Assembly: GCA_965197905.1 (NCBI GenBank)
Contig: CBDAOB010000005.1
Coordinates: 588,176-652,175, forward strand
DNA from: Candidatus Latescibacterota bacterium
GTDB lineage: Bacteria > Latescibacterota > UBA2968 > UBA8231
Direction of reading: 5' to 3'
DNA length: 64,000 nt
Below the pieces are notes generated by a model, which was given only the letters and a program-made list of their open reading frames with translations, searched no databases and had not been told where the DNA came from. Below are positions 9,840-19,807 of the stretch, in pieces; position 1 is the stretch's first letter; each line of letters begins with the position of its first letter. The translations under genes and the position numbers were made by a program.

Positions 9840-11507
9840 ATGACGCGAGTGCTCGTCTCGCTTTCTCTGCCGACCCTATGCGCCGTAAGCTGCCAGTTTG
9901 GGGTGGATGCGGACAACGAAGGGGCTCCGTGGTTTGAAGAGCGATCTATAGAGAGGGGAGTCGTGTTTCGGCTGGAATCTGGACATGATAAAAGGTATTT
10001 GATGCCGGAACTGACGGGTGGCGGGGCAGCACTATTCGACATGGACGCCGACGGCGATCTCGACGCCTATCTAGTACAGGGGGGTGGTCTAGAAACCAAG
10101 GCGGAATCCACGTCCACAAATCAGCTGTTCAGCAACGATGGTGCCGGAATATTCGAGAACGTTACCACTGGTAGCGGAAGCGCCGACCCTGGATACGGTA
10201 TGGGTGTTGCAACGGGCGACTACGACAATGACGGTGATGCCGATGTTTACATCGCCAACGTCGGTTCCAATGCGCTGTTGAAAAACCTCGGAAACGGTCG
10301 ATTCGATGACGTCACGCGAGAGGCGGGCGTCGGAGACGAAGCCTGGGGCACAAGCGCGGTTTTTGTCGACTACGATGCCGATGGTGATCTGGATCTCTTC
10401 GTAGCAAACTACATGCACTGGTCACCCGCCATCGAACGCCCGTGCACGAACGCCTCAGGTTTGCCCGACTACTGTTACCCGCCGGTCTACAAGATGCCGG
10501 CGGTCGACGTATTGTACCGCAATGATGGCACCGGCAGCTTCTCGGACGTGTCTGACGAGGCCGGAATGGAGACGGCATTCGGATACGGTTTCGGCACTGT
10601 AGCCGGCGATTTTACGGGAGATGGACTTGCCGACATCTTCGTGGCGAACGACGGCTCCCAGAACCAGCTATGGGTGAACCAGGGCGGCGACAGTTTCGCT
10701 GATCAGGCCCTCTCCAGGGGTTGTGCCCTGGGCGAGAGCGGCCGGCCAAAGGCGGGGATGGGCGTGACTTCCAACGATTTCAACGATGACGGGAAGCCCG
10801 ACCTATTGGTCGTAAACCTGCAATCTGAAACGGACTCCTACTTTCGAAATGAGGGCCCATATTTCGTCGACGCGTCAACCTCGCTGGGATTGTCCGGCGG
10901 AAGCGACCTCTATACACGTTTTGGGGTCGGAATAGTCGACTTCGACAACGATGGCTATCTGGACGGCTATTTCGCCAACGGCCGGATCAACAAAGTCGAT
11001 CTCGATGTCACCGATCGTTACGCCGAGCCGAATTTGCTCTACAGTGGGGTGGCGGGAGTGCGTTTCGAGGAAGTGACCCCGCGCGGGGGTACCAAAGAGC
11101 TACTAGTCGGGACGAGCCGTGCCGCCGCTTTCGGCGACGTGGACAACGACGGTGGCGTCGATGTATTAGTCGTAAATCGTAATGCCCAGGTCTACCTGCT
11201 CCACAACCTGGTTGGTAAAAAAGGAAACTGGATCACGTTTCGCTTAGTCAATTTAAACGGTGCTGACGCTCTCGGGGCGATATTGTCCGTGGATGTTGCC
11301 GGCCAGCGCCGGTGGCGAGAAGCGCGAACGGCATACAGCTTCCAAGCGGCCAACGATCCGAGGGTGCACATCGGTTTGGGAGATATCTCTAACATCGCGG
11401 CTGTCGAGGTGCGGTGGCCAGAGGGTAAGACGGAGCGCTTCGGTGACTGCGCCGCCAACCAGGTAATTCAGCTAGTGCAGGGAACGGGAGAGGCTGTGAC
11501 GCCGTAA
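9840..11507 (+). CDS. CRTAC1-family protein (FG-GAP/VCBS repeats plus ASPIC/UnbV C-terminal domain), secreted/lipoprotein
   Basis: Signal/lipobox-like N-terminus. Repeated 'DxDxDGDLD' FG-GAP calcium-binding loops ('DMDADGDLD', 'DYDNDGDAD', 'DYDADGDLD', 'DFDNDGYLD', 'DVDNDGGVD'). C-terminal 'GAILSVDVAG...VHIGLGD...VEVRWPEG' is ASPIC/UnbV-like. Confidence 0.8.
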   Translation: MTRVLVSLSLPTLCAVSCQFGVDADNEGAPWFEERSIERGVVFRLESGHDKRYLMPELTGGGAALFDMDADGDLDAYLVQGGGLETKAESTSTNQLFSNDGAGIFENVTTGSGSADPGYGMGVATGDYDNDGDADVYIANVGSNALLKNLGNGRFDDVTREAGVGDEAWGTSAVFVDYDADGDLDLFVANYMHWSPAIERPCTNASGLPDYCYPPVYKMPAVDVLYRNDGTGSFSDVSDEAGMETAFGYGFGTVAGDFTGDGLADIFVANDGSQNQLWVNQGGDSFADQALSRGCALGESGRPKAGMGVTSNDFNDDGKPDLLVVNLQSETDSYFRNEGPYFVDASTSLGLSGGSDLYTRFGVGIVDFDNDGYLDGYFANGRINKVDLDVTDRYAEPNLLYSGVAGVRFEEVTPRGGTKELLVGTSRAAAFGDVDNDGGVDVLVVNRNAQVYLLHNLVGKKGNWITFRLVNLNGADALGAILSVDVAGQRRWREARTAYSFQAANDPRVHIGLGDISNIAAVEVRWPEGKTERFGDCAANQVIQLVQGTGEAVTP

Positions 11508-11512
11508 GAATT

Positions 11513-13969
11513 ATGCGATCAGCTCGGAATCTCTTTCTTTTTCTGCTGTTCACACTCCCGGCGGCTCCAGCTGACTCCACCGACTCCGGTCATGAGCGGA
11601 TGCGTGCGGCTCTCAAGAGGATCGCCGACCATCCGCCGGAAGGTCATTGGGTTTTCCCCACCCTGCGCGCGGAACTCTTGCAACGCAAGCTTGACGAGGT
11701 CGAAGCGCAGGCCAAGGCCGGACAACCTGCTGAAAACCCGTTTACTCTTTGGCGACTCAACTTCGATCTCGGGCAGGCTTTGGTCAGATCGGGAGACCCG
11801 GAGCAGGGCATCAAACATCTGCTGCAATCCCGAGGCGTGCTCAACGAGCTGGAACGCCAATTCGCTGCGCTCGCTCGACAGGGCGGAGATGCACAACAGC
11901 TCAAACGCATTCAATTGCGGATGGGCAATTTTTCGGTGCAGACCGCTTTCTACCTGGGCATCTCCAACATTCGTCTCGGAGAGGACCAGAACTGCTCGGT
12001 GCAGAACCTCGCCGAAGCCTGCATTCTGCCCATCCAGGGAAAGGGTATCCACACCCAGAAGGAAGGTTCGCGCAACGCTATTCGCTATTTCCGGGAGGTT
12101 TTGGACCACCCTTACTGGCGCCTGAACCAGGGGGATGCGGAGGATCTAAGCAATGCCTCGGGAGGGATGAGCTCCGAGCGTCTGGGCGGTTTGGCGGCGC
12201 CGAACAAACGCACCGCCGACCAACTGGTTCATTTTCGCGAGGCCTCACGATGGCTGCTCAACATCGCCTACATGACCCTGGGAGAGTACCCGGAGTCTGT
12301 TCCAAAGAAACACCTCATTCAACCCCGCGTGTTCGCGGCCGACATTGCGTTTCCCCGTTTCGAAAACGTCGGCCCGAAGCTCGCGTTGGATACCTTCAAT
12401 CTCTGCGGTGGTGCCATCGTCGACGACTTTGACGGCGACGGCAATCTGGACATCGTCACCAGTACCTGGGATCTTGCCGGCCAGATGCGTTATTTTCGCA
12501 GTAAGGGCGACGGAACCTTTGTGGATGAAACCGACAAGGCTGGGCTGACCGGCTTTTTTGGCGGGCTCAACATGGTCCAGGCGGACCACGACAACGACGG
12601 CGACGTCGATATCTTCGTCCTGCGCGGCGCCTGGCTCTCTAGATGGGGTCGGCACCCGAACTCCCTGTTGAGCAACAACGGCGACGGCACCTTCACCGAC
12701 ATCACCTACGCAGCCGGATTGGCCGAGGTGAACTACCCCACCAAGTCGGCAACCTGGGGCGACTACGACAACGACGGCAACCTGGATCTCTTCGTCGTCA
12801 ACGAGACCGATGGCAGCATTGACGCGCCGTCTCAGCTGTTTCACAACAACGGCGACGGCACCTTCACCGACGTTGCCGACAAAGCCGGGGTCCGCAGCCG
12901 GTGTTTCGGCATGGGCACCGTCTGGGGCGACTACGACGGCGACGGGTTCCTCGATCTATATGTAGGGGATTGCCAACCGGCAAAGCTGTTTCACAATAAC
13001 GGCGACGGCACCTTCACCGACGTGGCACGGCGGCTGGGAGTGCGGGGACCGGGAAGACCGTTTGCTGCCTGGTTCTGGGACTTCGACAACGACAGCGCCC
13101 TCGACCTCCTGGTTAACGCCTCTTCGGGTTCGGTGGGGGTGCTGTCCCTGAACCCGCTGGGTGTCGATGTGGAAGAAGTCGAGCCGTCGCGCCGCTCGCT
13201 GCAACAGTCGGTGGACGTTGAGGTCATGCACCTCTACCGGAACGACGGCAAAGGAGGTTTTAGCGAGGTCGCGACACAGCAGGGGTTGACCTACCCATCG
13301 CAGCCGATGGGAGCGAATTTCGGCGATCTGGACAACGACGGGTTCCTCGATTTCTACCTCGCTACCGGCGACGTGTTCTACTCGGAGCTGCGACCGAACG
13401 TCATGTTCCGGAACCGCGGCGGAAACCGGTTCGAGAACGTTACCATGGCGGGTGGATTCGGACACCTGCAGAAGGGGCACGGGGTATCGTTCGCCGACCT
13501 GGACAACGACGGGGACCAGGATGTCTACGTGCAGATGGGAGGGGCTTATCCAGGGGACAAATACAGCGATGCCTTGTTCGAGAATCCGGGATTCGGCCAT
13601 CGCTGGATTGCGCTGAAGCTGGAGGGACGTGCCTCGAATCGATCGGCGATCGGCGCCCGCGTTCATGTGCGAATTCGGGAAGGTGACAAGGAGCGCTCCA
13701 TCTATCGGCACGTAAACAGCGGCGGCAGCTTCGGCTGCAACCCGCTGCGGCAAACAGTGGGTCTGGGAAAGGCCGACAAGATCCTCGCGCTGGAGATCTT
13801 ATGGCCTGCCACCGGCCGCACACAGCGCTTTGAGGACCTGGGTCTGGATCAAGCGATTCGGATCGTCGAAGGAGAATCGACCTACCAATCACTGCGGCTT
13901 TCCAGTTTCAAACTGGGGGGCGGCGACGCCGCGTCCGTTCCCGCAGCGGACCCGCACCAACACCACTAG
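11513..13969 (+). CDS. CRTAC1-family protein with N-terminal helical (TPR-like) domain, secreted
   Basis: Signal peptide 'MRSARNLFLFLLFTLPAAPA'. C-terminal FG-GAP repeats ('DFDGDGNLD', 'DHDNDGDVD', 'DYDNDGNLD', 'DLDNDGFLD', 'DLDNDGDQD') and UnbV/ASPIC tail ('RSAIGARVHV...VGLG...LEILWPATGRTQRF'). Three near-identical 'LFHNNGDGTFTDV' repeats are also near-identical at DNA level (12837, 12984, ~12669). Confidence 0.8.
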   Translation: MRSARNLFLFLLFTLPAAPADSTDSGHERMRAALKRIADHPPEGHWVFPTLRAELLQRKLDEVEAQAKAGQPAENPFTLWRLNFDLGQALVRSGDPEQGIKHLLQSRGVLNELERQFAALARQGGDAQQLKRIQLRMGNFSVQTAFYLGISNIRLGEDQNCSVQNLAEACILPIQGKGIHTQKEGSRNAIRYFREVLDHPYWRLNQGDAEDLSNASGGMSSERLGGLAAPNKRTADQLVHFREASRWLLNIAYMTLGEYPESVPKKHLIQPRVFAADIAFPRFENVGPKLALDTFNLCGGAIVDDFDGDGNLDIVTSTWDLAGQMRYFRSKGDGTFVDETDKAGLTGFFGGLNMVQADHDNDGDVDIFVLRGAWLSRWGRHPNSLLSNNGDGTFTDITYAAGLAEVNYPTKSATWGDYDNDGNLDLFVVNETDGSIDAPSQLFHNNGDGTFTDVADKAGVRSRCFGMGTVWGDYDGDGFLDLYVGDCQPAKLFHNNGDGTFTDVARRLGVRGPGRPFAAWFWDFDNDSALDLLVNASSGSVGVLSLNPLGVDVEEVEPSRRSLQQSVDVEVMHLYRNDGKGGFSEVATQQGLTYPSQPMGANFGDLDNDGFLDFYLATGDVFYSELRPNVMFRNRGGNRFENVTMAGGFGHLQKGHGVSFADLDNDGDQDVYVQMGGAYPGDKYSDALFENPGFGHRWIALKLEGRASNRSAIGARVHVRIREGDKERSIYRHVNSGGSFGCNPLRQTVGLGKADKILALEILWPATGRTQRFEDLGLDQAIRIVEGESTYQSLRLSSFKLGGGDAASVPAADPHQHH

Positions 13970-13988
13970 TTCGGCTAAAGGAGAGCGC

Positions 13989-15527
13989 ATGATTTCGCCG
14001 CTACGAAACATTTCACACCCTTTCAAACTGCCCTCTGACATTATCTACTTTCACGACTGGCGCTACGTGCACCACGGCAGTCACTCCACCGGCTGGAGGA
14101 ATAAGGAGGGGGAGTGGCTGCGTATCTGGTCGGCCGACCCGGTGCCCCCGCTGCGTCACGACCCCGGATACATGCCAATGGGTATTCGACTCCGTGCCAA
14201 ACCGGCGCAGAAAAGCGAGCCCTTCTATTTGCCCGCCGAGGACGAGGGTTTCATCTTCGCCGGCGTCATGATGCAGGACGAAGGGCGTTATCGCTGGTGG
14301 TACGAATCATTCCCGGCGGAGCATATCACCAGCGACAAATACGCCATGGGGGATAGCGATTACGTGCGCTACGGGGAATCCGACGACGGTTGGAGCTGGC
14401 GATTCCCGGAGCTGGGTCAGATCGAGCGAAAGGGCACCACAAACAACAACATCGTGTACGGTCCCCCGGTCATCGATCCCACCGGCTTGCACGGGCCCTG
14501 CATCTTCAAGGATCCCTCGGCGCCGCCGGAGGAGTGCTACAAGATGATCCACACCGGGCACCTGACGCCAGCGATGAAAGAGCGCTACCTGAAGGAGCGA
14601 CCGGACGAGGTGGGCGCCCTGAATACGGCGGAGCGTTGGGACGGCCTCTTTGGGGCAATCTCTCCCGACGGCATCAGCTGGACGCCGCTGCCCGAGCCGC
14701 TGGTGGCCCAGATCAGCGATACCCACAATGCCTGCGAGTACGATCCGGTGCTGGGGCAGTACGTGGCGTACGTCCGCAACCATTTCTTTGCCAGGCGCAC
14801 CATCGGCCGCAGCGCCAGTGACGATTTTCGTCGGCTGCCCCTGTCCGAGGATCTCTTCTGGCCGGGCACTGTCGAAGAGGCGTACGACCTGTGGTACACC
14901 GCCGCAAAGACCAAGATGCCCGGCACCACCGACTACCACATCATGTTTCCGCTGCGCTGGCGCCTCATCGACGACTCCTTCAGCTTCGTGCTGGCAGCCA
15001 GCCCGGACAACATCCTGTGGAGCTACGTCCCCGGGGGCGCGGTCTGCGAGCCAGGTGATTCCGGAGATTGGGTAGCCGGTGCGGTGGCTCCGGGCGTGGG
15101 TATGGTGGAGCTGCCGGACAACAAGATGGGGATCCCGATCGTCGGCTCTCCGGAACCGCACAAGCATTTGCGGCAGCCGCCCCACGGACATATGGCGTGG
15201 GCGATCTGGCCGAAAGGACGATTGGTGGCGCTGGAGGCACCGGTGGAAGGGAGTTTCCGAACCTTTCCTCTGGAGACCGAGAAACGAAACATCCACCTGA
15301 ATTTCAAGACACCCCCCGGGGGGTATGTTCAGGTTCAGGTTACCGATCGCCGCTACCAGCCGCTTCCCGGCCGCAGCTTCGAGGATTGCGACTGGTTGAT
15401 CGGCGATCAGATCGATCGGCAGGTGAGTTGGAACGGGGAGACCGACCTCGGACACGACGGAAGCGGCACTCTTTCCCTTGGATTTCGCATGCGCTGCGCC
15501 GAGCTATACAGTGTCGAGTTCAGATAG
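13989..15527 (+). CDS. Cytoplasmic BNR/Asp-box beta-propeller protein (glycoside-hydrolase-like), paralog of 54499..55965
   Basis: Start chosen at ATG 13989, preceded by SD 'AAAGGAGAG'; the ORF-track start 13830 overlaps the upstream gene. Asp-box-like 'ESDDGWSW' is followed by 'NNIVYGP', mirroring 'TSDDGEHWEQ...NNIAYDP' in the paralog. Confidence 0.5.
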   Translation: MISPLRNISHPFKLPSDIIYFHDWRYVHHGSHSTGWRNKEGEWLRIWSADPVPPLRHDPGYMPMGIRLRAKPAQKSEPFYLPAEDEGFIFAGVMMQDEGRYRWWYESFPAEHITSDKYAMGDSDYVRYGESDDGWSWRFPELGQIERKGTTNNNIVYGPPVIDPTGLHGPCIFKDPSAPPEECYKMIHTGHLTPAMKERYLKERPDEVGALNTAERWDGLFGAISPDGISWTPLPEPLVAQISDTHNACEYDPVLGQYVAYVRNHFFARRTIGRSASDDFRRLPLSEDLFWPGTVEEAYDLWYTAAKTKMPGTTDYHIMFPLRWRLIDDSFSFVLAASPDNILWSYVPGGAVCEPGDSGDWVAGAVAPGVGMVELPDNKMGIPIVGSPEPHKHLRQPPHGHMAWAIWPKGRLVALEAPVEGSFRTFPLETEKRNIHLNFKTPPGGYVQVQVTDRRYQPLPGRSFEDCDWLIGDQIDRQVSWNGETDLGHDGSGTLSLGFRMRCAELYSVEFR

Positions 15528-15550
15528 TCTGGGTTACTTGAAGCATTAGA

Positions 15551-16889
15551 ATGACTGTCGCCGGCGGACAGGCCATGGCCGGGTGGGCTGAAGCGGACAT
15601 AACGCCTCCTCTGGGATTTCCCATGGGTGGGCGTGGGCCCGTCTTCGACCCAGCCGAGCAGATCGCCGATCCGCTCCTGGCGCAAGTCACCATCCTGCAG
15701 GATCGACGGGGACGGCGCGTTATTCTGGTATCCCTCGACATCCTGGGATCGACCCCTTCCGTAGCAGATCCAATCCGCCATCAGCTGGCGGCAATTGCGG
15801 GCGCCACTCCCGAAGCGGTAGTCCTCAATTATTCCCATACCCACAGCAGCGGCATGGGCTTGCTGGAGATCTATCCGTACAGCGGTAAGAAACCGGCACA
15901 GATAGGGGATTACGAGACCCGGTTGTCGAAGACGCTCCTGCGCCTTGACGCACGATGCTTTGGACCGTCTCTCGCCAGTGCGTGCCTACTGGCGCAACGG
16001 AGAGAGCGATCTGGCCATCAATCGCCGGCGCAAGAACGAGAACGGCATCACCGAGCATCGACCGAACAAGGACGGGTACTACGATCCCAATCTCTGGGTG
16101 TTGGAACTGGAGGGGTCTGACGGCCGAGCGATTCTCTACAGCTACGCCTGCCACCCAGTGGTGCTGTACGGGGCAGAGTGGCAGACGATCTCGGCGGACT
16201 TCCCGGGCAGGACCCGCCTAACTCTCAGAGCGGCGTTTGGAGAGGCAACTCACGTGCAGTTCCTTCAGGGTCTGGCGGGAAGCGTGCGGCCGCGTATCCT
16301 CGCCGATCTCGCGAAAGAGGTGTTCGTACGCGGATCGCGGGAGACGCTCGAGCGCACCGGCGACCAGTTGGCCGATGATTTGATGGAAACTCTGCGAACT
16401 ACGGCCAACGAGATAGAGGTGGAACTGCATGCGGCGATGGGGTACGAGCCTGTCCGGCCGGGCCCACCGTTGGACCCGGACTCAGTGGAGGAGATGGGAG
16501 ACTCCTGGGGTGGAGCCGATGTCTACTGGCGAGAACGCCTGCAGAACGGGCCGCCCTGCGATCTGGTTCAGCCCTGGCCCGTCGGCCTGATTCAGCTGGA
16601 CCGGAAACACCTGATCGCCTATATGGCCAGCGAGGCTGTAGCCGAATGGCGTCCGCTGATCGAGGAGGTGCTTTCGGGGTACGAGCTGGCCTGTTGGGCT
16701 TACTGCCAGCACGACCACACCTACCTGCCGACGGACGAGCTGATTGCGGACGGCGGGTACGAGGTGGATCGGGCTCCGCTGTGCACCAACTTCTGGCCGC
16801 AGCCGCTGGCACTGGGAACGGACGACTTGATCAGGACCGAATTCGCCCGGTTGCGAGAGCGCGTTGAGCGGGAGCGAGCACGACCTTAG
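15551..16889 (+). CDS. Neutral/alkaline ceramidase-like hydrolase, interrupted by a frameshift near 15940-15960
   Basis: The N-terminal part (frame of 15551) has 'ADITPPLGFPMGG' and 'NYSHTHSSG', typical of the neutral ceramidase N-domain. The C-terminal part (frame of 15945) has 'AINRRRKNE...PNLWVLELEGSDGRAILYSYACHPVVL', also ceramidase-like. Together the two ORFs give the expected ~450 aa. Confidence 0.5.
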
Positions 16890-16922
16890 CCGGGGTCAAA
16901 CGCGGTCCCCAGCAGCAAGTCG

Positions 16923-17669
16923 TCATGGTAACTTCAATATTCGTTTCGCGTTTTCCCCCAACACAAGCCGCTTCGCCTCGTCGCTGATGTCGGCCGTTAT
17001 GATCTTGCCAATCTGCGGTCGATGGTCCATCAAAGGAACGTCGGAACCGTAGAGCACGCGGTCGGCACCCGCCTGATTGACCAGCTCCTCTATCGCTCCC
17101 GGTGAGCGGAAGGTAGAGCAGGTCTCCAGATAGACGTTGGCATTGTTCTGGGCAGCTTCGATGGCGTCCGCCCGCATCGGGGGGCAATTCCCGGAGTGTC
17201 CGCAAACGAAGATGGCATTGGGAAAGCGGGGAGCGACATCCGATACGAACTTGGGCCAGGCCGCCGCTTCGATTCCCGTATGCCAAATGACCGCCAGTCC
17301 TCGTTCGTTGGCGAACTCGTAGATGGGGAACCAGGGCGGTTCGTTGAGATTGATCGAGGTGAAAGGAGGATAGAGCTTTATTGCCGTCAGATGCAGCTCG
17401 TCGAATGCACGGGTAAGCTCCGGCATCATGGTTTCGGGCATGAGGGGCGAGACGTAGGCAAAACCCACAATGCGGTCGGGGTGGGAGGCGACCATGGATG
17501 CCGTGTCGTCGTTGCCGCGGGTGCCCTCAGGGTGCCATATATTGAAGAGACAGGTCTTGTCGATGCCGACGGCATCCATCGAGTTGAACAGGTTCTCCGG
17601 GGAGCTACCGGTCAGTCCCCAGCGCCCGGGATGCCCGTGAAAATCTATAACAGTACCTCCTTCGATCAT
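16923..17669 (-). CDS. Amidohydrolase-2 family hydrolase
   Basis: Start at ATG (17667-17669) with SD 'GGAAGGGGG'. 'IDFHGHPG' N-terminal His pair, 'VIWHTG' and 'GSDVPL' are amidohydrolase-2 hallmarks. There is a 4-nt overlap with the upstream gene stop. Confidence 0.7.
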   Translation of the reverse strand: MIEGGTVIDFHGHPGRWGLTGSSPENLFNSMDAVGIDKTCLFNIWHPEGTRGNDDTASMVASHPDRIVGFAYVSPLMPETMMPELTRAFDELHLTAIKLYPPFTSINLNEPPWFPIYEFANERGLAVIWHTGIEAAAWPKFVSDVAPRFPNAIFVCGHSGNCPPMRADAIEAAQNNANVYLETCSTFRSPGAIEELVNQAGADRVLYGSDVPLMDHRPQIGKIITADISDEAKRLVLGENAKRILKLP

Positions 17670-18460
17670 GGTGCGCCCCCTTCCAAAATGCGTTCCAGAT
17701 TTCCGGTACATATCCCTTGCAGATCAGCATCGCTCAACCCGATGTTGTGGATGTAATAGAGCATCGGTCCCATGGCGTAACGCGGATAGAACGAACCGTA
17801 GACAAAACGCCCGGCGCCATATTCGTCGATTACCTTCTCCAGTTCGCCAAGGACCTCGTAGCGGCTCAGCTCGATGTGGCAGTTCGGCAGCAACTTCAAG
17901 AAGGGGCGCACGAAATGGGCGTGCGAGTAGTGGGCTCCGACCAGCACCGTCACCAGGTCCGGAAACTTCCTCAAGGTATCCATGATCTCGGTCACCGGGG
18001 TCATCGGCATGGGAGTCAACCAGGTGGGACCCCACTCGTTAGCCATGGATACCCAAAGTGGGATCTTCTCGGCCTGCAGCCACTCCAGCAGGTCGCCGTA
18101 GAGCCAGTCGACAAACGGCAGCCCAGACGCGGCTGAATCGTGCAGCCGCACGTGGTCGAGTTTGCCGTCGTCCCGCAGTTCCTGCAGCTGTTTTAGAGAG
18201 TCGGCTTCGGGACCGGCCATCCATTGGTAGGTAAGCGGTCCGTCGTCGCTGCACCAGTCAGTGAGCAGGTCGTTGCCATCGATGGCGCTGAGGGTCTCAC
18301 CCGACTGGTGGTGAACCAGGGCACGTTCCACCCCATGCCTCTGCATCTCTTCCAACAGCTCTTCGGGCGTGTCGAAGGGTGCCGGCCGTTTGTTCTTGTG
18401 GCCTACACCGACGTTGGCGTCGATCACCGGCACGCGGGCGGAAAAATTCAAGGATGCCAT
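17666..18460 (-). CDS. Amidohydrolase-2 family hydrolase
   Basis: 264 aa. 'VIDANVGVGH', 'HYSHAHF' and 'YGSFYP' fit the same TIM-barrel metal hydrolase family. It is translationally coupled to 16923..17669. Confidence 0.7.
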   Translation of the reverse strand: MASLNFSARVPVIDANVGVGHKNKRPAPFDTPEELLEEMQRHGVERALVHHQSGETLSAIDGNDLLTDWCSDDGPLTYQWMAGPEADSLKQLQELRDDGKLDHVRLHDSAASGLPFVDWLYGDLLEWLQAEKIPLWVSMANEWGPTWLTPMPMTPVTEIMDTLRKFPDLVTVLVGAHYSHAHFVRPFLKLLPNCHIELSRYEVLGELEKVIDEYGAGRFVYGSFYPRYAMGPMLYYIHNIGLSDADLQGICTGNLERILEGGAP

Positions 18461-18617
18461 CAGGTCTCCTTCTCCATCGTGGTCTTCGTCTAGTGAGATA
18501 GTGTCCTATCGCAGGAATCCGTCAGCATGTTGCTGCGGATCGATCGCAGCTCGAGGCGTGACGCCAAATCCGCGGATGCTCCCTTGGCCCTGCAACTTCG
18601 CTCATGGTACCGCACCT

Positions 18618-19793
18618 TCAGATACGACCGAGTCGGCGATCCTCAGCTTCGAGCCATTCGCCATACTCTCGAGGCATCTCCTCCGGTGCCCCGAGACCGT
18701 GTTCGCGGCGCCAGCGCATAAGCGGTTGTGAGCGATCTTTTTGCGGGAGATCGACGCGGCGACCGTATGCCGCGGATTCGAGGATACCCATCATTACCTC
18801 CACCACATGGCGCCCTTCCTCACCGCTGGACTCGTGGGCGCGGCCTTCGTCCAGCGCGCTTACGAACTCGTCGACGTACCAAAGGTCGTCCACGGTGCTC
18901 GCTCCATCCGGCTTTCTGCAGTCCGGGAATATCGGCTCGAGATCTTCCCATTCTTCCACGGTAGCGCCCCCAGGGGCGTAATGAGTCGCCGGCAGGAACA
19001 TGCCCGCCTTCTTCTTCTCATCGTATATCAGGTTGCCCGCCATCAGGCGCCCTTCGGTTCCGCAAAACTCCATCACCGGATTTACCGCGGTTGGATAACG
19101 GTGCTGCAAGAGATCGCCAGTGACACCGTTGTCGAAGTCGAGGGTGGCGGTCAGGTGTTCGCCGGCGACGATGCCCATGCCGCCTGCCGAGGGTATGACA
19201 TCATCGGGGGTGATAGGGTGACCGTCGGTCATACCGGTAGCGGTGACCCTGCGGCAATCGCCGCCGATCTTGAGCATCATGTTGATCATGTGCGTCCCGA
19301 TGTTCATGAGACCGTACCCGCCGTAGTAGAACTTGCCATAGCCAGAGATGTGGCGCAGCTCACCGATGCGTCCTTCCTCGTATGCCTTCGCCACCGAGCG
19401 CATGATCGCGCCCGAACGGCCCTGGTGGTGAACGGCGATGCGGACACCTTTCTCTTCCGCTTTCGCAACCACCTCGTCCGCTTCCTCCAGGTCGACGCAG
19501 ATCGGTTTCTCGATATCTATGTGGACGCCGTACTCGAGCACGCGCATGGCCAGCGGGTGGTGGAACTCAGTTCCCGTGGGAATCGCCACGATGTCGGGTT
19601 TGGTTTCTTGAATCATAAGGTCCAGGTCGTCGTAGCGCGCTTCGACGCCAAGCTCATCGCCAAGCTCGTTGTAGCGTTCAGGCAGCAGGTCGCAAAGGCC
19701 GACGAGATCGGTGCGGGGGTGATCGTAGTAGGCGCGGGCGGCTGAACCGCCTCGACTGCGGCAGCCTAGAATGGCCACCTTGTAGGAATTCAT
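18618..19793 (-). CDS. Gfo/Idh/MocA-family NAD(P)-dependent oxidoreductase
   Basis: Start at ATG 19791-19793 ('MNSYKVAILGCRSRGG' Rossmann N-terminus); the longer ORF-track extension lacks support. 'EKPICVDLEEADEVV' is the family's conserved EKP motif. Confidence 0.75.
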   Translation of the reverse strand: MNSYKVAILGCRSRGGSAARAYYDHPRTDLVGLCDLLPERYNELGDELGVEARYDDLDLMIQETKPDIVAIPTGTEFHHPLAMRVLEYGVHIDIEKPICVDLEEADEVVAKAEEKGVRIAVHHQGRSGAIMRSVAKAYEEGRIGELRHISGYGKFYYGGYGLMNIGTHMINMMLKIGGDCRRVTATGMTDGHPITPDDVIPSAGGMGIVAGEHLTATLDFDNGVTGDLLQHRYPTAVNPVMEFCGTEGRLMAGNLIYDEKKKAGMFLPATHYAPGGATVEEWEDLEPIFPDCRKPDGASTVDDLWYVDEFVSALDEGRAHESSGEEGRHVVEVMMGILESAAYGRRVDLPQKDRSQPLMRWRREHGLGAPEEMPREYGEWLEAEDRRLGRI

Positions 19794-19807
19794 GGGGAGG
19801 TTGGCCT

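Noticed and set aside
13830-13988. Upstream extensions of several ORFs (13830 for 13989, 19952 for 18618..19793, 36591 for 35524..36369, 46472 for 45225..46184, 54755 for GGT, 63338 for 62217..63200)
   Set aside because: The extensions overlap neighbouring genes and encode low-complexity R/P/S/T-rich sequence. Internal starts have SD motifs and match family N-termini.
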